32,000 bases of DNA. Origin: Candidatus Saccharimonadota bacterium. Its GTDB lineage: Bacteria > Patescibacteriota > Saccharimonadia > Saccharimonadales > UBA4665. The notes beneath the pieces were generated by a model. That model was not told the DNA's origin. It saw only the letters and a list, made by a program, of their open reading frames with translations, and did not search any database. The DNA is taken from contig CP064993.1 of assembly GCA_016699955.1 (NCBI GenBank), positions 720,001-752,000 on the forward strand, written 5' to 3'. Positions within the stretch are counted from its first letter, which is position 1. Each line of letters opens with the position of its first letter. Below are positions 7,832 to 16,266 of the stretch, piece by piece. A program made the translations under genes and the position numbers.

Positions 7832-8924
7832 ACTGAAGCGGCAGCTACCCTCATGCCACGTGATGTACATCGGTCAGTACGGTGATGATTTACTTGATAT
7901 TATTAAAGCCAACCCAGATATTGATGAAATACAAACCGTGTCGGCTGGAAAACTGCGACGATACAGCGGGGAGGGGTGGAGACAACTGTTTGATATAAAG
8001 ACTCAGGCGCTGAATATACGTGATGTATTTCGGACTATAAAGGGTTTTATACAAAGCTTTCGTTTGCTCAAGAAGGCCAAACCAGCCGTAGTTTTTACCC
8101 GTGGCGGTTTTGTGAGTGTGCCAGTCGCGTTGGCTGCAAAAATGCACGGCATTCCGTACCTTACTCACGATGCGGATAGCTTGCCAAGCCTCGCAAATCG
8201 TCTGATAGGGCGGTGGGCTCATCTTCATACAGTGGCGCTTCCGCCAGAGTTATATCCGTATCCTCAGGACAAAATCCGCATGGTTGGGATGCCCGTCGGC
8301 CACAATCATAAGCCTGTCGGCACGAATCTACGAGATGAGTATAAAAAAGAACTGGGGCTGGAGGCGTACGATGAAGTCTTGTTGGTAACTGGCGGGGGAA
8401 ACGGCGCCCGGATGCTCAACAAGTTTGTCGTTAACAATAGCCGGTATTTACTATCTCGCTTTCCAAATCTGATTATTCTGCATTTTGCAGGGCGCGCGCT
8501 TGAGCAGGAAACAAATAATATGTATGAAAGTCTCAAGCTGGAGGCTGCCCGTACCCGAGTACGTGTATACAGCTTTGCAGCGGATTTTTATAAGTTCAGC
8601 GGAGCCGCAGATGTCATAATTGCGAGAGGTGGTATGAGTAGTATCGCTGAATTTGCGCTTCAGCATAAAGCCTGTCTGCTGGTGCCTTCGAAACAGCTAG
8701 CGTGGAATGTAAAAAATAGTCAGGCTCTTGCTAAAGCAGGAGCCGTGCTCGAGCTCACCGAAGAACAGGCCGAGCAGCCTGAACGACTTGGCCGCACGGT
8801 TGCTGGCCTGCTGCGAGACCCTGCCCGCCGGGCAACGCTAGAAACGGCCATCGGTGTGTTTGCGCGGCCAAAGGCTGCAAATGAGCTAGCTACGCTCATC
8901 ATAGCAACAGGGAAGGGTGGCTAG
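7764..8924 (+). CDS. murG: undecaprenyl-PP-MurNAc-pentapeptide GlcNAc transferase MurG
   Basis: The N-terminus MNIVLTGGGSGGHITP matches the MurG G-loop. GT28-type C-terminal half. The start at 7764 is preceded by AGGGA. Confidence 0.9.
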   Translation: MNIVLTGGGSGGHITPVLAVAHELKRQLPSCHVMYIGQYGDDLLDIIKANPDIDEIQTVSAGKLRRYSGEGWRQLFDIKTQALNIRDVFRTIKGFIQSFRLLKKAKPAVVFTRGGFVSVPVALAAKMHGIPYLTHDADSLPSLANRLIGRWAHLHTVALPPELYPYPQDKIRMVGMPVGHNHKPVGTNLRDEYKKELGLEAYDEVLLVTGGGNGARMLNKFVVNNSRYLLSRFPNLIILHFAGRALEQETNNMYESLKLEAARTRVRVYSFAADFYKFSGAADVIIARGGMSSIAEFALQHKACLLVPSKQLAWNVKNSQALAKAGAVLELTEEQAEQPERLGRTVAGLLRDPARRATLETAIGVFARPKAANELATLIIATGKGG

Positions 8925-8932
8925 TAGTCAGT

Positions 8933-9841
8933 ATGGTCTGGAAATGGCATAAGAAACAACAAAAACCACTCGTCCCGGGTCGTGATCGTCCGAAACAGGC
9001 CGGGAGTCGTCCGCAATACTTGTACTATAAGGCACGGCCGTCGGATAATACCGGAACATCAACCCGAAGCCGACCAAATGCCTCCCCCGAAAAAAAACGT
9101 GTTATCTCAGGCATGAATATCCATACCGCAATGCTCCTGGTATGCGTTGTTATTGGGTTGCTCTGTGCCCTCAAAATTGTTCTGCTCACGCCCAATAGTA
9201 AGATTGTTATAACTGAAAATGTACAAACTCTTGATTTACCTCAAAATGCGTATGCCGAGACTGCCAATAGTTCTCTGAAAAGCAGTCTGTTGAACAGAAA
9301 TAAAATTACATTAAACACGCGTGGGGTAGCAACAGATATAGAGCAACGCTTTCCTGAGCTTGCCAGCGTCGTAGTCACGGTGCCCCTGGTTGGTAACCGG
9401 CCGATAGTGTACGTTACTCCTTCGCGCGCCTCTTTCATGATAGAGTCACCCATGGGCCTATATAGTCTGGCAGACAATGGGTATGTGCTCGCCAAACTTC
9501 CAGCACCCGAGAAGGAACTTGTGACAATGGCCGAACTTAGCAATCGTGTCCCCGAAGTCGGAAAACAATTTCTTCCCGCTTCTACGGTTAGCTTTGCTAG
9601 AACGGTTAAATTTCAGATGCAGCAGGCGGGCTTCACTATAAGTAGGATTGTGCTGCCTTCAGATGCACCGTACGAAATGCAGTTAGCGCTTGTGGGAAAG
9701 TCGTATCTAGTGAGATTTAACTTGCAGGCGGATGCCCTCCAACAGAGCGGGGGAGCAGTAGCCGTATTGCAACAACTGGAGCCAACCGCGCGACCTGAAT
9801 ATATCGATGTCAGGGTGCTTGGCAGAGCGTATTACAAGTAG
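8933..9841 (+). CDS. ftsQ: FtsQ/DivIB-like cell division protein
   Basis: Basic cytoplasmic N-terminus, one TM helix (AMLLVCVVIGLLCALKIVLL), then a POTRA-like segment (ITLNTRGVATDIEQRFPELASVVVTVPLVGNRPIVYVTPS). It is at the ftsQ position after murG. Confidence 0.6.
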   Translation: MVWKWHKKQQKPLVPGRDRPKQAGSRPQYLYYKARPSDNTGTSTRSRPNASPEKKRVISGMNIHTAMLLVCVVIGLLCALKIVLLTPNSKIVITENVQTLDLPQNAYAETANSSLKSSLLNRNKITLNTRGVATDIEQRFPELASVVVTVPLVGNRPIVYVTPSRASFMIESPMGLYSLADNGYVLAKLPAPEKELVTMAELSNRVPEVGKQFLPASTVSFARTVKFQMQQAGFTISRIVLPSDAPYEMQLALVGKSYLVRFNLQADALQQSGGAVAVLQQLEPTARPEYIDVRVLGRAYYK

Positions 9842-10483
9842 CGCGGTGACGAGCAATCCCCCCGTTGCTACCCCGCTAGTGTTCACAAAATGTTCGTACT
9901 GCATTTTATCTTGCAAAAAAGCATACGACACATGCATTGTAGGGCAGTGTCAAATATATAACAGAGCAGGATAGGGAGGCAAAAAGGGGAAGAGCTATAA
10001 AAAAGTCAAATGCGTGAAAAAGCAAATGTTTTCACAACGTGCCTGTGGAAAAGTCAAATAAACGCATACTGCAATAGCGTTTCAATAAAAAAGCAAACAC
10101 TAGCTATACTGAAGCCGCGACGTACTATAAGCCCAACCAAGTGAAGCATACAGAGAGCAATTATGAATCCCACATAAAGTGTGGGGAGACCTAAGTTAGC
10201 AGTTTTGAAGCCCAGCTGCCAAAACTCCCCCGTTAATAGGGGTACACACAATCATCTTGAAAGAAGATATTCACGTCGCAAAATATACATTGTGCGACAT
10301 ATAAACTATGTTCTCTTTTTATTCACCTGCTCGCCCATTGTGGCTTTCTGTTTTGGCCAAGCAATGATTCAATATATTTATTAAGCCTTGAATTCCCTTG
10401 TCTGTGCTCGCAGGTTTGGGTTATCGGTTGGCTCTCCTTTTGTATGCTGGTCGGTAATCAATGTTCGCATTTTGTTTGTATTA

Positions 10484-11134
10484 CTAACGCATTAGTATTT
10501 TTTCGTCATCGGCATAACTTTGTGGAAAAATTACCCTACGCGTGAGGGCTAGACCAAATGCTGCTGCCACGGCGACGTTACTGACCATTCCTGGTACAAT
10601 CTCTATTGGAAGATCAGGTGATACCTTCCAGCTACTATTTGGTTGTTGTTCGGCGATAACCCAACCGGACGAATGGCCCGATGCTTTAAGCGCGGTTGCA
10701 ATAGCTTCACCTATAAAACCGCTAGGCAAAAATGAATCACGGTTAAATACCAGCAGACGAGCTGTTAGCTTGTCTGTATCAGCGAGTGGCGGCGGGTCAA
10801 CCGATTGTGGGCTGCATTGGACACCGATAATGTCTTCGCCACTCTTCAGTCTTTCCTGATAAGCTAGCCCACCGTTTATAGACAATAAACCGCCATAGTG
10901 TGTGCTGGTGAGCGCTTGAGTAAGTGGCGGAGTAGTTGTTTCTGCTTTAGGGGTTGGCTCAGGAGTCAAGTTTGGCACGGAAAAAAACATTAGTTGCCCA
11001 TAGATCCCGTCTCGTAATTCTTGGTTTAAGTGGGTGTTGGGGTGCCTTGAAATATGTCCTGCAAGATTCCAATATACGGCAGCAGCAGACATGACGGCTG
11101 GCGTATTTGGATAGTTAGGAACCCACTCAGCCAT
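10484..11134 (-). CDS. hypothetical protein with C-terminal TM anchor
   Basis: 216-aa ORF starting 8 nt downstream of the preceding gene. The hydrophobic stretch MVSNVAVAAAFGLAL lies near the C-terminus. No recognised domain. Confidence 0.5.
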   Translation of the reverse strand: MAEWVPNYPNTPAVMSAAAVYWNLAGHISRHPNTHLNQELRDGIYGQLMFFSVPNLTPEPTPKAETTTPPLTQALTSTHYGGLLSINGGLAYQERLKSGEDIIGVQCSPQSVDPPPLADTDKLTARLLVFNRDSFLPSGFIGEAIATALKASGHSSGWVIAEQQPNSSWKVSPDLPIEIVPGMVSNVAVAAAFGLALTRRVIFPQSYADDEKILMR

Positions 11135-11141
11135 ATCCTGG

Positions 11142-12170
11142 TTACTCGCTGAGTTCGTAGGTGGCTTTGGCGACGCGTTTAAACTGGGGCTTGCTCTGCA
11201 GGTTCAAGAGGATGGTCGTTTCTTTGACGAAGCGGCTTTTAAGCACCCGCTGGACAATTTCATCGCGGTGGAGTGGTTGCTTGGCTTCACGGAGGACCTC
11301 TGAAATAATATCTGCCACAGTGCCCTTTTTGTATCCCCATTCTTTGAGAGCGTAAATACCGCGGCCTATTAGGACGAAGCGCGTGTCCTTGATGAGCTCG
11401 TTGTGAATAGCTTGCGTGGTTACGTCTTTGCGTTTGAAATCACTGGCTTTAATAGATTCGGCGATTTCATTGAAGTGCATGTGTTTCTTGTTTTCGCTGA
11501 GTATAACGTAAATTTTGTCGCGGATGTTCTTTGGGTTAACGGTGGGCCATCGTACGAGTCCCCACCGGCCATTAAGCGTCGCAAGTTGCTTGCTGATACT
11601 CGCGAGCGCGGCTGTAAAGGCTTCGGTATCAAAACCAGCCAACTTTGTCATTTCTTTTGCACTGACAGGCTTCCCTGCCTTTTTTATGGCCTCAACAATA
11701 GTTACAACTTCGCGCTTTAGCGTGGCGACATCGTGAGTGGTACTGTTCCCTGCCGCCTGAAAATAGGTGTCATCTTCAGAAACAACAGCAACATTTGGAC
11801 ACAGTTCTGTCAGAAACGCAAGGCGAGACTGATCAGTACGGGTGTTTTCGGCGGTAAGCACGCCAGCGAGAACTGTGACTCGGGCTGTTTCTCCCTTTTC
11901 ACTAAGGGTTTTGAGAACAACCGATTCTACCTCTGCAATGTGCGGTAAGTCCAAACTTGTTTGGCGGAGCTTAGTCATAACCGACTTCTCAAGCTGACGC
12001 ACGCGCTCTCTTGTGATGCCAAGCAGCTCCCCAATTTGTTCCAACGTTTCCTTACGGTCAAATAAGCCGTAGCGACGAGCAATGATTTCACGCTCTCGTT
12101 CACGGTCAATGCTATTTAAAACATCTTGCACGATGGCTTCTGTATTAAGAACGGATTGTTTTTCTGACAT
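11142..12170 (-). CDS. sigma-70 region-4 HTH protein fused to two HARE-HTH-like modules (no sigma region 2)
   Basis: Region-4 signature: REREIIARRYGL...TLEQIGELLGITRERVRQLEKSVMTKLR. Two delta-subunit-like HARE-HTH segments: HMHFNEIAESI...GRGIYALKEW and PLHRDEIVQRVL...KATYEL. The start at 12170 was chosen because the promoter occupies the longer ORF's 5' end. Confidence 0.75.
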   Translation of the reverse strand: MSEKQSVLNTEAIVQDVLNSIDREREREIIARRYGLFDRKETLEQIGELLGITRERVRQLEKSVMTKLRQTSLDLPHIAEVESVVLKTLSEKGETARVTVLAGVLTAENTRTDQSRLAFLTELCPNVAVVSEDDTYFQAAGNSTTHDVATLKREVVTIVEAIKKAGKPVSAKEMTKLAGFDTEAFTAALASISKQLATLNGRWGLVRWPTVNPKNIRDKIYVILSENKKHMHFNEIAESIKASDFKRKDVTTQAIHNELIKDTRFVLIGRGIYALKEWGYKKGTVADIISEVLREAKQPLHRDEIVQRVLKSRFVKETTILLNLQSKPQFKRVAKATYELSE

Positions 12171-12180
12171 TATTACCTTT

Positions 12181-12209
12181 ACTATAAAACTTTTTATGTA
12201 GGAAGTCAA
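12181..12209 (-). promoter_or_regulatory. promoter of the sigma4/HARE-HTH gene (TTGACT-17-TATAGT), very short leader
   Basis: The minus strand reads GTTGACT-tcctacataaaaagttt-TATAGT-aaaggtaata-ATG. The -10 element ends 10 nt before ATG 12170. Confidence 0.55.
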
Positions 12210-12363
12210 CGACTTTTTGCTAATCCACCACTTTTTTGTTGCTCATCTGATAATGTGCGTTCGTAACGTTATTGTAGCACATAAATTGACTATGGCACAG
12301 ACTCCGTGTTGTAAAAGTTAATAAGGTCATGGTTTGCCTGTGGACAAAGTGAGTTCGTAGCGA

Positions 12364-14703
12364 TTATTTCTTGCGACGGTAAGGGGGGCGCTTTTTGCCT
12401 GCCGCCGGTGCGTCCGCCAAGAGTGCCAGAGCCTGCTCGCGAGTGAGAGAAGCTGGGTCAATTTTTTTATCAATTTTGGCATTTTTTTTGCCATCTGTGA
12501 CGTAAGGCCCCCACCTTCCCTTCAGAACTTTTACACCGTCACCGAAGTCAGCGATGTTCTTTTCGGCTTCAGTTTTCAGTTTTTCTACGTACAATGCAAG
12601 GGCTGTTACGAGGTCAATATCGTACGGGTCATGCGGCTTTATGCTAACAAACAGCTTCCCGATTTGGATATATGGGCCAAAGCGACCAATGTTAGCGCGG
12701 ATGTCTTGTCCGTCTTGCGTTTGTCCGACGAGTCGTGGCAGCTCAAAAGCCTTGAGTGCTTGTTCTAGAGAAACGGTCTCTATGGTAACACCCTTTGGCA
12801 ACGGGGCATTCTGCGGTTTTTCCTCCCCTTCGCCACCTTCTCCGAGCTGAAGATATGGACCAAAACGTCCGAACTTGGCGTAAATAGGTTTGCCTGTCTT
12901 TGGGTCAATGCCAACTTCCCTGGCTTGGGCAACAGCGGCGCGGTCAATTTTGTCACCTTTTGCTACAAGGGCGTGAAATGGTTCGTAGAAATGGCTGAGC
13001 ATGGTATTGCGCTCGAGCTTGTTTTCGGCAATATCGTCAAACTCTTCTTCGATTTTGGCGGTAAAACCGTAATCAATAACAGGTTGAAAATGATTGCTCA
13101 AAAAATCGGCTATTAGCTGCCCACTTGGCGTTGGGACAAGTTTGCCTTTGGTAGAGCCGGTGTTTTCGGTAATAACTTCTTTCGTAACTTGTGATTCCCG
13201 GCCTGCTGCACCTGGGTCAAGCGTGAGCTGAATACATTCTCTTGGGTCGCCCTCGCTGTCGCCACGCTCCACGTAGCCTCTAGTTTGGATTGTACCAATG
13301 ATGGTGGCATACGTGCTTGGGCGGCCGATGCCAAGCTCCTCAAGCTTTTTTACGAGTGATCCCTCGGTGTATCGGGCTGGCGGGCGGCCAAACACCTGGC
13401 GGGCCGTGGCAGACGCCAGGGTTACCTCATCCTCTGGTGTTAACTGAGGTAAAATGGCATCATCTTTAGCTCGTCCGTAGACTTTTAGGAAACCACTGAA
13501 GGTAATAACTTCACCCTTGGCTTCGAAAACACGTGTTTCGTGAGTTGTGTCTCCGGACTGGGCGGTAATGGAAATGACCGTTTTTTCTAGTTTTGCGGGC
13601 GCCATTTGGCTTGCGAGAGTGCGACGGCGAATGAGCTCGTACAACTTCTGGTCGTAAGTGTCGCTACTGGCTACCTCTAGCGCCATGTTAGTTGGACGAA
13701 TAGCCTCATGAGCTTCTTGGGCGCCCTTGCTCTTGGTCGCAAAAGTGCGTACTTGCACGTACTCTTTCCCGTAGGTTTTCTCAATGTAGGTCGCTGCTGA
13801 GGCGATTGCCTGTTTACTCAGATTGACGCTGTCAGTGCGCATATAGGTTATTTTGCCGGCCTGGTAAAGCTTTTGGGCGGCGGTCATGGTTGCACGACTG
13901 CCAAAACCGAGTTTTGCATTGGCTTCTTGCTGGAGGGTACTCGTCGTAAACGGGGCTCCTGGGTTGCGTTTTCCGGGGGTGGTTGTAACGTCTGTGACCA
14001 AAAAAGTCGCGGCGCTCAGGCCAGCTATGAAATCATGGGCTTCTTGCTCGGTGTCGAAACGTTTTGGTAATTCTGCACTGAACGTTTCACTACCATGTGT
14101 AAATTCGGCAGTAATTTTGAACTGGGCGGTACTCTCAAATGCCTGAATTTCACGCTCACGTTCTACCAGCAGCTTTACCGCCGGGCTTTGTACGCGTCCC
14201 GCACTTTTGCCACCCGGAACCTTTTGCCATACGACTGGGCTGAGCTCAAATCCGACAATACGATCAAGAATTTGGCGGGCTTGTTGGGCCGCCACCAGGT
14301 GCATATCAACGGTGCGTGGATGCTTGATAGCCTCGGTAATTGCGTCTTTCGTTATTTCATGAAACACGATTCTGTTGGTTTTTGCCGGGTCAAGTCCAAG
14401 CACTTCGCAAAGGTGCCAGGCGATAGCCTCTCCTTCGCGGTCTTCGTCAGTTGCCAGCCATACTGTACTGGCGGCTTTAACGGCTTTTTTGAGTTCGGCA
14501 ATAATTTTCTTTTTTTCAGGATCTACTTCGTATTGTGTGGTGAAGCCGTTTCTTATGTCTATCACGGGTGTGCCGTCTTTGGACTTTTTGGGGATGGCAC
14601 GAATATGCCCAACGCTGCTTAGGACATGAAAATCGCCACCAAGATACTTCTCGATGGTTTTTGCTTTTGCCGGACTCTCGACGACGACCAGGTTTTTTGC
14701 CAT
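12364..14703 (-). CDS. topA: DNA topoisomerase I
   Basis: 779 aa. Toprim N-terminus (MAKNLVVVESPAKAKTIEKYLG), the active-site region ITYMRTDS, and basic C-terminal repeats. Confidence 0.97.
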   Translation of the reverse strand: MAKNLVVVESPAKAKTIEKYLGGDFHVLSSVGHIRAIPKKSKDGTPVIDIRNGFTTQYEVDPEKKKIIAELKKAVKAASTVWLATDEDREGEAIAWHLCEVLGLDPAKTNRIVFHEITKDAITEAIKHPRTVDMHLVAAQQARQILDRIVGFELSPVVWQKVPGGKSAGRVQSPAVKLLVEREREIQAFESTAQFKITAEFTHGSETFSAELPKRFDTEQEAHDFIAGLSAATFLVTDVTTTPGKRNPGAPFTTSTLQQEANAKLGFGSRATMTAAQKLYQAGKITYMRTDSVNLSKQAIASAATYIEKTYGKEYVQVRTFATKSKGAQEAHEAIRPTNMALEVASSDTYDQKLYELIRRRTLASQMAPAKLEKTVISITAQSGDTTHETRVFEAKGEVITFSGFLKVYGRAKDDAILPQLTPEDEVTLASATARQVFGRPPARYTEGSLVKKLEELGIGRPSTYATIIGTIQTRGYVERGDSEGDPRECIQLTLDPGAAGRESQVTKEVITENTGSTKGKLVPTPSGQLIADFLSNHFQPVIDYGFTAKIEEEFDDIAENKLERNTMLSHFYEPFHALVAKGDKIDRAAVAQAREVGIDPKTGKPIYAKFGRFGPYLQLGEGGEGEEKPQNAPLPKGVTIETVSLEQALKAFELPRLVGQTQDGQDIRANIGRFGPYIQIGKLFVSIKPHDPYDIDLVTALALYVEKLKTEAEKNIADFGDGVKVLKGRWGPYVTDGKKNAKIDKKIDPASLTREQALALLADAPAAGKKRPPYRRKK

Positions 14704-14800
14704 ATGCTTTTTAACAGTATACTCAATTTATATAATATAGCTAGACAACGGTTGGAAAGCATACACGACAGTTCTCGTCTCGTCAAGAGAGCGGAGTAAT

Positions 14801-15665
14801 TTATGAGGGAGCCCAGTGGTTATTGCCCAGGGGGTGGTTTTTGCCAGAAAGCCCGAGCATGGTCACGGTCTGGGTGAACAGGTTTGGGGCGAGTGTACTC
14901 CTTGTGAGCAGCTCGTGACCATCACTTACGCCGTTGTATAGAAGGTTTAGGAGTGCTTGTTCTTAGGTCGTGTCACCCTTATGAATATATGTCGTTGTGA
15001 TAAGATTTTTTGTTCCAAGCGCGAACAAGACGTCGTCGACAGAGCTGACGGGTATTGCCCCGGACTTTATCAAGTTGTTGCACCCCACGCTATTTGGGCT
15101 TGTAATATTTCCTGGTACCACTAAAACATCTCTGCCCTGTTCCATCGCGAACCGAGCAGTGTGAAGCGTTCCGCTTTTTTCTGCAGCTTCAGTGATGAGT
15201 AGTGCGTTGCTCAGCCCAGCCACAATACGGTTACGTGCGACAAAATTCTGTTTTAAGCTAGGCATACCCTCTGGATACTCAGAAATAATCACCCCGCCCG
15301 TTTCAAGTATTTGACGGGCGAGCTGGGTGTTACTGGCAGGATAAATCTTATCAAGGCCGTTTGCTAACACAGCTATGTGGAGACCCCCCGTTTTCAGGGC
15401 TGCTTCATGGGCGGTGGCATCTACCCCGAGAGCTAAGCCGCTAACTATGGAAATGCCCTTTGCGGCGAGGTCACCGGCGAGTTGAGAGGTTACAATCTTA
15501 CCATACGGTGTAATTCCTCGACTTCCCACAATGGCGACACGAGGGCGTGAAAGCCACTCATCTGGCTCACACCCGATGTAGTAGAGCTCTTTTGGGGGGC
15601 GACGGAATGTTGCGCAGAACGTCGGGATAAGAGCTGTTAGTTAATGTAATCTTTTTTACTTTCAT
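14801..15665 (-). pseudogene. dprA: dprA (DNA processing protein A) disrupted by a 1-nt frameshift and an in-frame TAA
   Basis: Frame A from ATG 15665 encodes MKVKKITLTNSSYPDVLRNIPSPP. After a C6 run (plus-strand G6, 15596-15601) the protein continues in another frame (KELYYIGCEPDEWLSRPRVAIVGSRGITPYG...). A TAA at 14963-14965 is followed in frame by 53 codons of a DprA winged-helix-like tail (EQALLNLLYNGVSDGHELL...LGLSGKNHPLGNNHW), ending at 14801. Confidence 0.85.
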
Positions 15666-15685
15666 ACGAAACCATGAAAAAGTAA

Positions 15686-15714
15686 TTGACAATATGACAC
15701 TTTATTGCTAAAAT
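15686..15714 (+). promoter_or_regulatory. strong sigma70 promoter (TTGACA-17-TAAAAT) heading a noncoding unit
   Basis: TTGACA at 15686-15691, 17-nt spacer, TAAAAT at 15709-15714. No ORF begins within the next 500 nt or so. Confidence 0.65.
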
Positions 15715-15720
15715 AGCAAC

Positions 15721-16140
15721 TCAGAAGTGGTATAGCATCACTTTCGCACCTTATATCCCCCATTCTAACACCCTCCCTTGCTTCTGACGAAGCTCTGGAG
15801 GAAAAATTTGTTAGATTGTTTTAGAACGTGCCATTTTAAAAGTTGTTACCCTCCACTTTTCTCTCGGCATTTCCTGGCTACTAGCCTGGAGCGTTCTAAA
15901 ACAAACTAACCCCTTTAACTAGGACCTCCCAAAATTTTTGATTTTGAGAGGACCCCAGAAAAACCAATGAATCTGGACGATTTTTAGGTATCAAATCCTG
16001 AAAAGCACGTCATCGTCTATGCCACAGATGCACGATGCTTCATTCTCTGCGGGTGGGTTGAAGGGTGGAGGGAGATCACTTCGGTGGTCTCCATAAATAG
16101 ACCATCGAGCGGTGCCCACCCCCTCTCGGTGGTCTTTTTA
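15721..16140 (+). ncRNA. candidate structured noncoding RNA or long 5' leader (about 420 nt), class unknown
   Basis: Bounded by the promoter at 15686-15714 and the terminator at 16099-16140. Helices read by eye: 15721-15727/15781-15787 (7 bp); 15810-15828/15892-15910 (18 of 19 bp); 15922-15954 hairpin; 16070-16091 9-bp hairpin closed by a C(UUCG)G tetraloop. Confidence 0.4.
16099..16140 (+). terminator. intrinsic terminator
   Basis: An 11-bp stem: AGACCATCGAG (16099-16109) pairs with CTCGGTGGTCT (16125-16135), including one G-U pair. It is followed by TTTTAT. Confidence 0.7.
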
Positions 16141-16266
16141 TATTGTTCCCCTTGGTTTAGACGCCGTGAAAATTGCCACTGGCGATCTCCGCCCTCTCGG
16201 CGGTATCTTGCAATGCGAGAAAGCAAATTTGATAAAACTGTAATAAAGTATTATAATACAACAATT

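Noticed and set aside
10054-10251. 65-aa minus-strand ORF with two hydrophobic segments
   Set aside because: It has no promoter, ribosome-binding site or motif support and sits in an AT-rich gap. It is mentioned in a finding but not called as a feature.
14963-14965. In-frame TAA in dprA as possible stop-codon reassignment or programmed read-through
   Set aside because: TAA terminates other well-defined genes in this window (rsmH, rlmH, the Y-family polymerase, P83). The known CPR recoding involves UGA, not UAA. The gene also carries a separate frameshift, which fits decay better.
15721-16140. Identity of the noncoding unit as tmRNA, RNase P RNA, a T-box leader or a MITE
   Set aside because: tmRNA: no GGGG 5' end, T-arm or ACCA 3' end, and no Ala-rich tag. 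RNase P: no GGAAAGUCC core. T-box: only AGGGTGG matches the T-box sequence, and the downstream gene is not an aminoacyl-tRNA or amino-acid gene. MITE: the 19-bp inverted repeat (15810-15910) has no flanking target-site duplication and I saw no second copy in the window. The class remains unknown.
16084-16266. ORF-track 5' extension of the large ORF (821 aa from 16084)
   Set aside because: It starts at a non-ATG codon inside the UUCG hairpin and runs through the intrinsic terminator. The extension's amino-acid sequence looks non-protein-like, so ATG 16267 is preferred. ATG 16213 remains possible.
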